From an uncultured bacterium (lineage in GTDB: Bacteria > Planctomycetota > UBA1135 > GCA-002686595): DNA of 64,000 nt. The notes under the pieces are model-generated. The model searched no databases and was not told where the DNA came from. It worked only from the letters and a program-made list of their open reading frames with translations. The stretch spans positions 224,001-288,000 of the forward strand of contig CALSNU010000003.1 of assembly GCA_943787795.1 (NCBI GenBank), given 5' to 3'. The translations under genes and the position numbers were made by a program. Below, in pieces: positions 39,420 to 48,599 of the stretch (position 1 is the stretch's first letter; each line of letters opens with the position of its first letter).

Positions 39420-41807
39420 ATGATCCTCACAGCCTCGCGCGTCGCTCTGCTCGCCCTCGCCGTCCTCTCACCCGCGGCTCTGGGCCAGGTGGAGGCGCCG
39501 TCCTTCGACAACGTCCCCTTCGTCCACGACACAGGGTGGGTGTCCCCGGCCGCTGCGACGGGCAGCGACCTCGAGCTCTGCGCGAGCTTCGCCGTGGACC
39601 AGGAGGGCGCGGAGTGGATCCGGCTCTACTTCGAGGATGTCGTGCTCGCCGGGGATCTGCTCGCGGGCACCGGCGCCGAGCTCCGCATCACCTCGATGCT
39701 GGACGGAGGCCTTCAGGTCATGAACGCCATCGAGGTGGAGCGCTGGGACCGCTCGACCGCGTACTTCAATGGAGACGCCCTGGTGGTCGAGGTCTGGGCG
39801 CGGCCTGGAACCGGCACGAGCCGCGTGCAGCTCCGGGCCATGGATATGGGGACGCCTCCGCTCCTTGGGACGGCCTCCATCTGCGGCCCGAACGACGACC
39901 GCCTGCCGTCGACCGACGCGCGCTCGGGGCGGTTGCTCCCGGTGGGCTGCACGGGGTGGCTGATCCAGGACTGCGCGGGCTGCTTCCTGACGGCGGGGCA
40001 CTGCACCGGCAACCTCCAGGTGATTCAGTTCAACGTGCCCCCCTCGTCCAGCTCCGGCTCCATCCAGAACCCGCCGCCCTCGGACCAGTACCCGGTGGAC
40101 GGCGCGTCGCTCCAGTCCAACGGTGGGCAGGGCGTGGGGGACGACTGGGCCTACTTCGGCGCCTTTCCGAACGGCACCTCGGGGCTGACCGTGACCCAGG
40201 CCCAGGGCCCCGGCTTCCAGCTCTCCGCCCCGCCGCAGCCGGGCGGCGCCGACATCCGGATCACGGGCTTCGGGACGGATAGCTCTCCGCCTGAGCGCAA
40301 TCAGACCCAGCAGACCCACCTCGGACCGCTGGTCACCAACTCCGGAACGACGGTGCAGTACCAAACGGACACCACCGGCGGGAACTCCGGTTCGCCGGTG
40401 ATCTGGGCCCAGACGGACCAGGCGGTGGGCATCCACACCCACGGCGGGTGCAGCTCCTCCGGCGGCCAGAACTCGGGCACGAGCTTCTCGCACCCCGATC
40501 TTCAGAGCGCGCTGGCGAGCCCTCAGGGCATCTGCGGCGCGAGCCTCGCCGCGCCCGGCGCGCCGACCCTCTTGCCGCCGCTTCAGGCGGTCGCGGTCTC
40601 CGCGCTGGTGCTCGGGCCGGTGGTCCCCGGCAGCGTGACGCTCCACGAGCGCACGAGCCTGGCCGGGATGTTCCAGTCCATCGCCATGGTGGACATGGGC
40701 GGTGGGGTCTTCACGGCTCAGCTGCCGGCCTACGTCTGCGGCGATGTGCCGGAGTACTTCTTCAGCGCCCAATCGGTGTCTTGTGGCCAGGTCTTCGCGC
40801 CCGCAGGCGGCGCTTCAGACCCGTTCACCGCCGCAGTGGGGGTGGTCAACACGAGCTTCGCCGACGACTTCGAGGTCCCCCTGGGCTGGCAGACGGCCTC
40901 CACCGCCACGACCGGAGACTGGCAGCGCGGGGTCCCGGTGAACGACCCCTCGTGGGCTTTCGACCCGTCCTCCGACGGTGATGGCAGCGGGAGCTGCTTC
41001 GTCACCCAGAACACAGCCGGCAACTCGGATGTGGACAACGGCGAGGTCCGGCTCACCTCGCCCCCGCTCACCGTCGTGGGCGCGGCGAGCGAGTTGACTT
41101 ACCTCTACTACCTCGAGCTGAGCAACCAGAACGCTGAGGACGAGCTGGCCGTCGCCGTGAGCCCGGACGGCGGCGTGAACTGGTCCACGCTCCGACGGCA
41201 CCGCTCCTCGACCGGCGGAGGGTGGGTTCCGGACACCCTCACCGCGGCGGAGCTCGCCGGCGCAGGGGTCGTGGCTGGCTCGACCATGCTCGTGCGATTC
41301 ACCGCGAACGACGCGAACGCTCAGTCCATCGTCGAGGCGGGCGTGGACGGGGTCCAGGTCGGGACCGTGGACTGCGATCCGACCGTGATCGGCGTCGCCG
41401 AGTGCGCCCCGGCGGTCGCCAACTCTACCGGGGCCCCTGGAACGCTCCGGGCCGTGGGCTCCAGCGCCGTGGCGGATAACGACGTGCAGCTCATCGCCGA
41501 GTCGCTCCCTGTGAACACCCTCGGGTACTTCTTGGTGTCGACGGATGCCGGGCTGATCGTCAGCCCGGGCGGGAGCTCAGGGACCCTCTGTCTCGGCGGC
41601 TCGATTGGCCGCTACGCAGGCGATGTCCTGAGCTCGGGGCCCGCCGGAGAGTTCCTCTTCCAGCTGGACCTCTCCGCGCTGCCGCAGCCCACGGGCGCCG
41701 TGGGGGCTGTGGCCGGTGACACGTTCCGGTTCCAGGCCTGGTTCCGCGACTTCTCGATCTTCAACACCTCCAACTTCACCCACTCCCTGGCGATCAGCTT
41801 CGACTGA
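39420..41807 (+). CDS. Secreted trypsin-like (S1) serine protease with accessory beta domains and conserved C-terminal domain
   Basis: Signal peptide; triad motifs TAGHC, DDWAY, TGGNSGSP; middle DDFE..GW..GDWQRG module. Confidence 0.88.
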   Translation: MILTASRVALLALAVLSPAALGQVEAPSFDNVPFVHDTGWVSPAAATGSDLELCASFAVDQEGAEWIRLYFEDVVLAGDLLAGTGAELRITSMLDGGLQVMNAIEVERWDRSTAYFNGDALVVEVWARPGTGTSRVQLRAMDMGTPPLLGTASICGPNDDRLPSTDARSGRLLPVGCTGWLIQDCAGCFLTAGHCTGNLQVIQFNVPPSSSSGSIQNPPPSDQYPVDGASLQSNGGQGVGDDWAYFGAFPNGTSGLTVTQAQGPGFQLSAPPQPGGADIRITGFGTDSSPPERNQTQQTHLGPLVTNSGTTVQYQTDTTGGNSGSPVIWAQTDQAVGIHTHGGCSSSGGQNSGTSFSHPDLQSALASPQGICGASLAAPGAPTLLPPLQAVAVSALVLGPVVPGSVTLHERTSLAGMFQSIAMVDMGGGVFTAQLPAYVCGDVPEYFFSAQSVSCGQVFAPAGGASDPFTAAVGVVNTSFADDFEVPLGWQTASTATTGDWQRGVPVNDPSWAFDPSSDGDGSGSCFVTQNTAGNSDVDNGEVRLTSPPLTVVGAASELTYLYYLELSNQNAEDELAVAVSPDGGVNWSTLRRHRSSTGGGWVPDTLTAAELAGAGVVAGSTMLVRFTANDANAQSIVEAGVDGVQVGTVDCDPTVIGVAECAPAVANSTGAPGTLRAVGSSAVADNDVQLIAESLPVNTLGYFLVSTDAGLIVSPGGSSGTLCLGGSIGRYAGDVLSSGPAGEFLFQLDLSALPQPTGAVGAVAGDTFRFQAWFRDFSIFNTSNFTHSLAISFD

Positions 41808-41890
41808 GCGGTGGTCGCTCAGGAGGCTCCGCTGCTCTGGAGAGTCGGCGCTCTAGAGCTTCGGCCCTCTCGGGGGTGGATGCTCCGGGG

Positions 41891-41950
41891 CTCTCTGCGC
41901 AGGGTCTCTGGGCGCAGGGTCTCTTGGCGCAGGTTCTCTGGGCGCAGGAC
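41891..41950. repeat. 15-bp tandem repeat x4 (CTCTGGGCGCAGGGT)
   Basis: Units start at 41891, 41906, 41921 and 41936. Confidence 0.88.
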
Positions 41951-42128
41951 CCACCTGCGTTCAGGCCCTGTGCCTCCGGGTCTCTGGGACTCCAGGCCTG
42001 CGTGCGCTTCCGATGCCGCAGGCGGTGTTCAGGGGGGGCGCAGGGGCGGTCGCGCTCCGGGCTCTGGGCACGTTGGTATGCTCCTCGACCTCTCCGACGT
42101 CCGGAGCAGCCGACCCCACCCCCTCAAC

Positions 42129-42974
42129 ATGTCCCTCTCCTCGCGCTCGCGTCTTATCCCGCTCCTCCTGTCCTCACTGGCGCTGGTGAGCTGCCGAGCC
42201 GGGGGTGGCCACGCCGGAGCGGTCCCGGAGTTGCTTGAGGCCTCGGTCCCGGTGCAGCCCCTCATGCTGGAAACCGGCGCGGAGCCCGCCCCTGTGCTCG
42301 GAGCACCGGCGCCCACGGCGCCCTATCTCCTCGGGCTGCGGGAGCCCGGGCCCGCCAGCCTCAGCGCGCAGCGGAGGGGCACCAAGTGGCGCGACGGGCA
42401 AGCGCTGCTCCAGGGCTACCTGGCCGTCAATTCGATCCAGGACCTGTCGCGTACGGGAGGAACCTCGAGCGACATCGAGGGGGGCAGCGGCTCCATCAAT
42501 CAGTACCCCGTGATTGGCGGGGGCGGGCAGTTCAAGCTCGGCGGTAACCGGGTCGACCTCGGCCTCGAGGCCATGATGTCCCTCGGCGGAAGAGCCAACG
42601 GCGGCGCGTTCGTTGCCGGCGGCGGCGGGGCCGCGGTCGCGGTGAGCCTCGACCTGCTGATCGTCGACTTCTACGGGGGTCCCTTCATCAGCGTGCCCCT
42701 CGGCGGGCGCGCACGGGTGTACGGTGCGGCGGGTCCCGTGGTCCAGTTCGCCAACTACCACCAGTCCTCGGCTCCCGGCGTCGAAGCTGGGTCAGGGAGC
42801 GGGTTCGGGGTCGGCGGATACGCCAGGACCGGCGTGGAGCTTGAGATCTCCCCGGGCTCCTTCATCGGGGTCGGCGCCCGCTGGTACGACACGAGCGTGA
42901 ACCTGAGCAGCAACTTCGGGGACCTCGATGTCGAGGGCGTCGAGGCCATGCTCACGTTCAGCACGCGCCACTGA
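42129..42974 (+). CDS. Putative small outer-membrane beta-barrel protein with lipoprotein-like signal
   Basis: LALVSC lipobox; alternating Gly/aromatic strands (RVYGAAG, GGYARTGVEL, FIGVGARWY). Confidence 0.6.
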   Translation: MSLSSRSRLIPLLLSSLALVSCRAGGGHAGAVPELLEASVPVQPLMLETGAEPAPVLGAPAPTAPYLLGLREPGPASLSAQRRGTKWRDGQALLQGYLAVNSIQDLSRTGGTSSDIEGGSGSINQYPVIGGGGQFKLGGNRVDLGLEAMMSLGGRANGGAFVAGGGGAAVAVSLDLLIVDFYGGPFISVPLGGRARVYGAAGPVVQFANYHQSSAPGVEAGSGSGFGVGGYARTGVELEISPGSFIGVGARWYDTSVNLSSNFGDLDVEGVEAMLTFSTRH

Positions 42975-43195
42975 GATCTCGGACCGCCGTCTGCGGGCGG
43001 CCCCCCTTCAGAGTCGCCTCACCCTGGAGTCCCTTCCCTGGAGCCGCGTCGGCCCTGCTGAGCGGAGCCGAGGGCACGCGGGTCCAGGTGAGGTGGCCGT
43101 GTCCCATGCGCCGGAGACCAGGAGCCCCAGCGTCCACGGCGCCCTGCCCCGTGGAAGCCGGGCCCCATTGCGGAACCCGGTCGCCTGGCGGGTGC

Positions 43196-44023
43196 TCAGC
43201 GCTTGAGAGGGGCGGTGAGGGAGAACTCCAGCAGCGTCCCGGCCGGGATGAAGATGCTGTTGCCCGCGGTCAGAATCGCGGCCCCCGCGCCCCACTTCGC
43301 GCCGTTCTTGGCTCCCTTGGAGCCCTTGGCGAGGCCTCCGATCGCTGCGCCGCGCGCCACGGTGCCGGCGGTCTTCTTGGCGGTGTTCTCGGTGACCACC
43401 TTGCAGCTGCTGGAGGTGAGGGGGACGATCGTCCCGTCGATCGAGACCGCGGTGAGGCGGATGGTGAACTCCGACCGACCGCGCAGACGGCCCGACTTCT
43501 TCTTCCCCACCATCTCGCCGTAGACCGGTGATCCCTTGCGGGCCACGGTCGTGCCGCCGACCACGAGGTTCCCCTCGAGGACGGCCGTGAACCGGTGCCC
43601 GCTCGACTGGCGGTTGGAGTCGAGGGTGTCCTTGAGGCGCACCGAGAGAGGGGTGCCCGCGGGCACCGTTACGCCGCTCGCGGCTGCCTTGGCGGCCGGC
43701 TTGGGAGCCGGCTTGGGAGCCTGAGCTGGGGCCGAGGTTGCGGCCGACGTCGGGGTCGAGGTCGGGGCCGGAGCTGCCGTCGGCTGCGGAGCACGAGCTG
43801 GCGCCGGAGCGGGCCGCAGGTCGAAGGTGAGGGCGAGAATCTCGGAGGTGGCGACCACGCGCAGGGACCCAGCGACCTCGAAGCGGATCGAGGTCTGGGA
43901 GCCTCCCATGTACTTCCCGTTCAGCAGCTCGCCTGAGCGGAGCTCGAGAACATCAGCCTGCGCCAGGGGAAGCGTCAGCGCCGTGAGGAGGACGGACCAG
44001 GCAAGGGGAAGGTACTTCATCAT
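43196..44023 (-). CDS. Secreted hypothetical protein with Pro/Ala linker and TrbI/VirB10-like beta domain
   Basis: Signal peptide ending AQA-D; DVLELRSGELLNG; VPAGTPLSVRL..F...KGSPVYG; glycine zipper GAAIGG; IPAGTLLEF. Confidence 0.65.
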   Translation of the reverse strand: MMKYLPLAWSVLLTALTLPLAQADVLELRSGELLNGKYMGGSQTSIRFEVAGSLRVVATSEILALTFDLRPAPAPARAPQPTAAPAPTSTPTSAATSAPAQAPKPAPKPAAKAAASGVTVPAGTPLSVRLKDTLDSNRQSSGHRFTAVLEGNLVVGGTTVARKGSPVYGEMVGKKKSGRLRGRSEFTIRLTAVSIDGTIVPLTSSSCKVVTENTAKKTAGTVARGAAIGGLAKGSKGAKNGAKWGAGAAILTAGNSIFIPAGTLLEFSLTAPLKR

Positions 44024-44051
44024 CTTGTTCAATCGGTGGTGGCGAGGCCGG

Positions 44052-45029
44052 TCAGGGGGCGGGCTGGAAGATGGTCTCGAAGTCACGGGTCATGGAGATC
44101 ACCTCGATCTCACCGTCTCCTGCGGCGCGCAGGGCGCGCTCGATACCGTCGTCATAGGCGAACTCGCGCTCGCCATCGTCGTGATGGAGGAGCAGGGTCA
44201 GGGTGCGAGCGTGGCGCTGGGCCACATACTCGAGCATCTCAAGGTCGCCGTCCGAGTTGCCCACGGCCAGGATCGGGGTGCGGCCGATGTGCCGGTTGAT
44301 GTTGACCGGCTTGCCCGGACCGTCGTTGATCGGGACCACCAGCTCTCGCAGGCGGACGAACTCGCCGCGCCCGTCAATCTCACGGAAGGCCTTCTGGCCG
44401 GAGGAGCCGATGACGTTCTCCGGCCCGATGCCGTAGACGTCCTTGGCGTAGCAGCGGACGAAGTCGACGCCACCCCCCGTACAGATCCAAACCTGGAAGC
44501 CAGCGTCCTGGAGGTAGGCCACAAGCTCCAGCATGGGGGCATAGACCAGCTCGGTATAGGGGCGCTGGAGGTCCGGATGGCGCGCGGAAGCGAGCCACCC
44601 CTCCGCCACCGCCACGAACTCCTCATCGAGCATGCCCGTGTGGGTCTCCATGGCCAGCTCGATGAACGCCTCGATGTCCTTCGTGCTCCCGAAGGTCCCG
44701 TCCATGAGGGAGCTATAGGGCTCCTTTTCGCGGAGGGTCGGGTCCTCGGCCACATACTCCCGAGCCCGGTCGACCATGAACGCGAGCTGGGAGTACATGG
44801 GCTTCTCGCAAATCAGGGTCCCGTCGTTGTCGAAGACGGCGATCCGCTCCTCTGCGGGCACAAAGTGGACGCTCTCGGGGTCCGTGGCCTCGCTGACGAA
44901 GCTGGTGATCGTGGACTTGACTTCTCCATCGGCCCAGGAGGCGAGCGGGTCCTCACCACCGAAGAGGCTCAGGCCAGAGGTTGATGCACAAGAGGCGAGG
45001 AGGGCCAGCAGCAGGGGAAGAAACCGCAT
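44052..45029 (-). CDS. HAD-superfamily acid phosphatase, lipoprotein
   Basis: LLASC lipobox; VFDNDGTL, CTGG, GPGKP, GNSDGDLEM. Confidence 0.88.
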   Translation of the reverse strand: MRFLPLLLALLASCASTSGLSLFGGEDPLASWADGEVKSTITSFVSEATDPESVHFVPAEERIAVFDNDGTLICEKPMYSQLAFMVDRAREYVAEDPTLREKEPYSSLMDGTFGSTKDIEAFIELAMETHTGMLDEEFVAVAEGWLASARHPDLQRPYTELVYAPMLELVAYLQDAGFQVWICTGGGVDFVRCYAKDVYGIGPENVIGSSGQKAFREIDGRGEFVRLRELVVPINDGPGKPVNINRHIGRTPILAVGNSDGDLEMLEYVAQRHARTLTLLLHHDDGEREFAYDDGIERALRAAGDGEIEVISMTRDFETIFQPAP

Positions 45030-45065
45030 GAGTCGAAGGCTCAGGTTTGAGGGGAGCTAGGGGTC

Positions 45066-46418
45066 TTAGACGTTGACGAAGTCCGCGTCACTGGGGAGGT
45101 CGTGGTCGTCGGCTCTTCGATTGCGCTTGAAGTCATATCCGCGGGGGACACAGACGATCCCGGAGTCGGTGACCGTGAAGCGCTTACGGTCCTCGTCCAG
45201 GTCAACGCCGATCTCTGCGCCCGAGGGGACGGTGGTCCACTTGTCGATGATCGCCCGGCGGATGATGGCGCCAGGCTCTACGACGACGCCGTGCATCAGG
45301 ATGCTCTCCTCGATGTCCGCGTCCTCGCCTGAGCAGACGCGGTTCCCCATGATGGAGCGCCGCACCCGTGACCCGGAGATGATGGATCCATTACAGAGCA
45401 GGGAGTCCACGATCTGCGCGTGGTGCCCCTCTGGCTCCGAGAAGATCGTCTTGGCCGGCGGGTCGTTGTGCCAGAGCGTATAGATGGGCCAGTGCTTGTC
45501 GTACAGGTTGATCGAAGGCACCACCTGGCAGAGGTCCAGGTTGGCGTCGAAGTACGCGTCGAGCGTGCCCACGTCTCGCCAGTAAGGGGTGTTGCCCTTG
45601 GGGTCTTCCGACCTGGGGCCGCCTGCATTCTCTGCGCCGCTTGCGCCGCCGGCGGCGTCCACGTCACGGAAGGAGTGGGCGATGACCGTGGTGCCGTCCT
45701 CGACCATCGCAGGGAGCACGTCCTGGCCGAAGTCGTGGCTCGTCCCGGAGGTCTTGGCCATGTCCTCGCGGAGGCGCCGGATGAGCTCCTGCCGTTCGAA
45801 GATGTAGATCCCCATGGACCCCAGGCAGCGACCGGGCTTGCCCGGGATCTCCGTGCCGACCTCCGGCTTCTCCTGGAAGCCCGTCACCTGCGACCGGCCA
45901 TCGACCTCGAGGACGCCGAAGCGCGGCGCGTCCTCCGCGCCGATCTCCACGGCGCCGATGGTGCACTTGGCGCCGGCCTCGACGTGCTCCTCCAGCATGT
46001 CGCCGTAGTCCATCTTGTAGATGTGGTCGCCCGAGAGGATCACCACGTGATCACACTCGACCTGCTGGAGTAGCTCGAGGTTCTGGGCGATCGCGTCGGC
46101 GGTTCCCCGGTACCAGCTTCCCTGTCCGCCGTGTTGGGGGGGGCGCGGGACGATGAACTGGGAGAGACGACGGGGTAGGAAGTTCCAAGCGAGGCGCAGG
46201 TGCTCTTCCAGCGAATACGCCTGGTACTGCGTCAGCACGAAGACGCGCCGGAGTCCGGAGTGGATGACGTTCGATAGGGTGAAGTCGATGATCCGATAGG
46301 CCCCGCCGAAGGGCACTGCCGGCTTGGCGCGGCCGATCGTGAGCGGCGAGAGGCGCTCTCCGCGCCCTCCCGCGAGGACGAAGGTCAGCGTCGACTTGAG
46401 GAGCTGTGCGCGATTCAT
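45066..46418 (-). CDS. glgC: Glucose-1-phosphate adenylyltransferase
   Basis: VLAGGRGERL, RAKPAVPFGG, WYRGTADA, SGDHIYKMDY, FQEKP, YWRDVGT. Confidence 0.97.
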   Translation of the reverse strand: MNRAQLLKSTLTFVLAGGRGERLSPLTIGRAKPAVPFGGAYRIIDFTLSNVIHSGLRRVFVLTQYQAYSLEEHLRLAWNFLPRRLSQFIVPRPPQHGGQGSWYRGTADAIAQNLELLQQVECDHVVILSGDHIYKMDYGDMLEEHVEAGAKCTIGAVEIGAEDAPRFGVLEVDGRSQVTGFQEKPEVGTEIPGKPGRCLGSMGIYIFERQELIRRLREDMAKTSGTSHDFGQDVLPAMVEDGTTVIAHSFRDVDAAGGASGAENAGGPRSEDPKGNTPYWRDVGTLDAYFDANLDLCQVVPSINLYDKHWPIYTLWHNDPPAKTIFSEPEGHHAQIVDSLLCNGSIISGSRVRRSIMGNRVCSGEDADIEESILMHGVVVEPGAIIRRAIIDKWTTVPSGAEIGVDLDEDRKRFTVTDSGIVCVPRGYDFKRNRRADDHDLPSDADFVNV

Positions 46419-46601
46419 GGGGGTGCGAGGGCCGGGGGCTCGGAATCCGCCTTGATCAGAACAGACTGGGAGCCCGGATAACAGATGACCCAGGGAGATC
46501 CTCCGCGACTCGACCTTTGATCTGGATCGCGCAGGTAGCTACCTTCCCAGGTGAAGGCGCTGTGCCAGAGCGCACGACCCGGGCCCACGGCTCCACCCCG
46601 A

Positions 46602-48599
46602 ATGTCTGCCCCTCTTCTGCGTCGACTTCAACAGCCCAGGGAACTCCACTCGGAGCCCCTTGGTGGCCGCCGCTGGTGCTCCACCGCGACCGACGCCCGC
46701 GACATCGCGTCCACGGGCCCGCACCTCATCGGGCTCCCCGAGCGGGTCCTCTGGTCCTCTGGGCGCCGCGCGGCTGACGGGCTCCTCGTGGCGGAGCGTC
46801 TCGACGACGGGCTGCTGGTGGCCGAGACCGCCGACCTGCCGGGCGAGCCGATCGTGTGGCTGGGTGACCTGGCCGTGACCCTGGGCGAAGATCCTGAGGT
46901 TGGAGATCCGGAGCCGAGCGCCCTGGCTTCGGCGCCTGTCGGGCTCGGAGCACCCAGGATCCGCCTCGGCACCCTCACGCCTCGGGTCGAGGCGGTCTGG
47001 TCCGTCAACGAGTCGCTGGCGCGGGTTGAGTGCACGCTGCCCTGCCGCCCGGTCGGCCAACGCACCCACCAGAACGATGCGCTCGATCCCCGAGTGCAGT
47101 TGGAGGCCACCGAGTCGGGGGCGGTCGCGCGCGTACGCCCCTATCCCGGGATGCCGGCGATCATCCTTCGCTTCAACGGCGACGTCACCCTTGTGGGGGC
47201 CGCGCTCTGGCATTCGGACGTCGCGGTCCTCGACCGCACGGGGCCCATCGGCGTCGAGGATCGATTCTCGCCGGGAGTGTTCCTGGTTCGTCTGCCCGAG
47301 ACCGCCACGAGCCTGCGGGTGACGGTTGAGGTCGAGGCGGACCTGGTCCGCGCCGGCGACCGGCGCGCTGGAGTCGACGCCGAGCCCGCCGCCGAGCCTG
47401 ACGCTGAGCCTGACGCTGAGCCTGACGCCGAGCCTGACGCCGAGCCTGAAGCTGGGCCGGGAGTTGGGCCCCTGTCGGCCGCCGTCACGGCGCGCGGACG
47501 GCTCATGGACATCCTCTCTGCCCCGGGGCTCGCGCTCGAGGCGGGCTGGAGCCCCGATCAGATCTCCAGCTGGATCAAGCACCATGTGGCCGCCGCCGTG
47601 ACCGCCATCGGGGGCCCCGGTGAGGTCGCCGGGGATGACTCCGCCCTGTGGCTGGGGCGTACGTGCCAGCTGCTCCTACGTAACCTCCGATCGGCCTGGG
47701 GCCCGCTGACTTATCGGGGGCTCGTGGAGGACTGCTTTGCTCCGGCGGTCGCCTCGATGGTCGACGCGATCCTCGCCGAGGCACCCGGTGCCGCGTCAGC
47801 CTCGGAGCTGAGCGACGGCGCGGTGGGGGAGAGCCCTCCCACCGATGGGGTCGCCGGGTTCGCTGGAGCAGGCCCGGGTGAGGAGACGAGCCCCGGGGCC
47901 GCGCGGTTCCGGGGGACCCGTCGCTGGTACGAGGTGCTCGCCTCCACCCCGTCCGTCCCGCGCGGAGCGGTGTGCGTGGAGGCCGGCGCGCTCCTGCACC
48001 AGCTGTTCATCTTTGATGAGCAGCTTTGCCGGATGACATCGAACGGGCCGCGGCGCGAGCAAGCTGCGCGCCGCGCGCTGGACGCCCGCCGCTGGTTTCA
48101 GCGGGCCTTCTGGCTCTCGACGCCGCGGCGGCTCGCGGACCTCGAGGTGAGCGGGTCGGACCCCGTTGGCGGGACGGCCCTGTCCATGCGGGCCGGGATG
48201 CTCGTGGCGGCTGCCCTCGAGGGGGCGCCCCTGGATCAGATGCAGCGCCGCGCCGTGGTGAACGCGGCGGATGAGCGCCTGCTGACGCCCCTTGGGGTGC
48301 GGTCCATCGATCGAGCGGACCTTGGGTTTCACCAGGATTCGCCGGTGGACGGCGCGGTCTGGCCGTGGCTCCTCGGGATGCACGTCGAGGCGGCGATCAG
48401 GGCGTTCGGGCGAGACTTCGTCCGCCTCGACTTCGAGGAGAGCCTGCTGGCGGCCATCGATGGCGCGCCTGAAGCCTGGGCCGAACGCTCGGAAGGCGGC
48501 GTGTCGCCGATCGGAGACTTGACCTTCCCCCCTGCCAGCGGCGAGTCCATTCGAGCGTTCCGCCTCCTGACCGAGGTCCTGGGCGGAACACCGGAGTGA
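46602..48599 (+). CDS. Degenerate glycogen debranching enzyme / amylo-alpha-1,6-glucosidase homolog
   Basis: Remnant motifs DSALW, PRGAVCVEAGAL, LLTPLGVRSI, GAVWPWLLG; precedes GT4 and GH57; start uncertain. Confidence 0.65.
   Translation: MSAPLLRRLQQPRELHSEPLGGRRWCSTATDARDIASTGPHLIGLPERVLWSSGRRAADGLLVAERLDDGLLVAETADLPGEPIVWLGDLAVTLGEDPEVGDPEPSALASAPVGLGAPRIRLGTLTPRVEAVWSVNESLARVECTLPCRPVGQRTHQNDALDPRVQLEATESGAVARVRPYPGMPAIILRFNGDVTLVGAALWHSDVAVLDRTGPIGVEDRFSPGVFLVRLPETATSLRVTVEVEADLVRAGDRRAGVDAEPAAEPDAEPDAEPDAEPDAEPEAGPGVGPLSAAVTARGRLMDILSAPGLALEAGWSPDQISSWIKHHVAAAVTAIGGPGEVAGDDSALWLGRTCQLLLRNLRSAWGPLTYRGLVEDCFAPAVASMVDAILAEAPGAASASELSDGAVGESPPTDGVAGFAGAGPGEETSPGAARFRGTRRWYEVLASTPSVPRGAVCVEAGALLHQLFIFDEQLCRMTSNGPRREQAARRALDARRWFQRAFWLSTPRRLADLEVSGSDPVGGTALSMRAGMLVAAALEGAPLDQMQRRAVVNAADERLLTPLGVRSIDRADLGFHQDSPVDGAVWPWLLGMHVEAAIRAFGRDFVRLDFEESLLAAIDGAPEAWAERSEGGVSPIGDLTFPPASGESIRAFRLLTEVLGGTPE
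47376..47453 (+). repeat. In-frame 12-bp repeat encoding (DAEP)n, about 6 copies
   Basis: GACGCYGAGCCT units in an interdomain linker. Confidence 0.9.
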
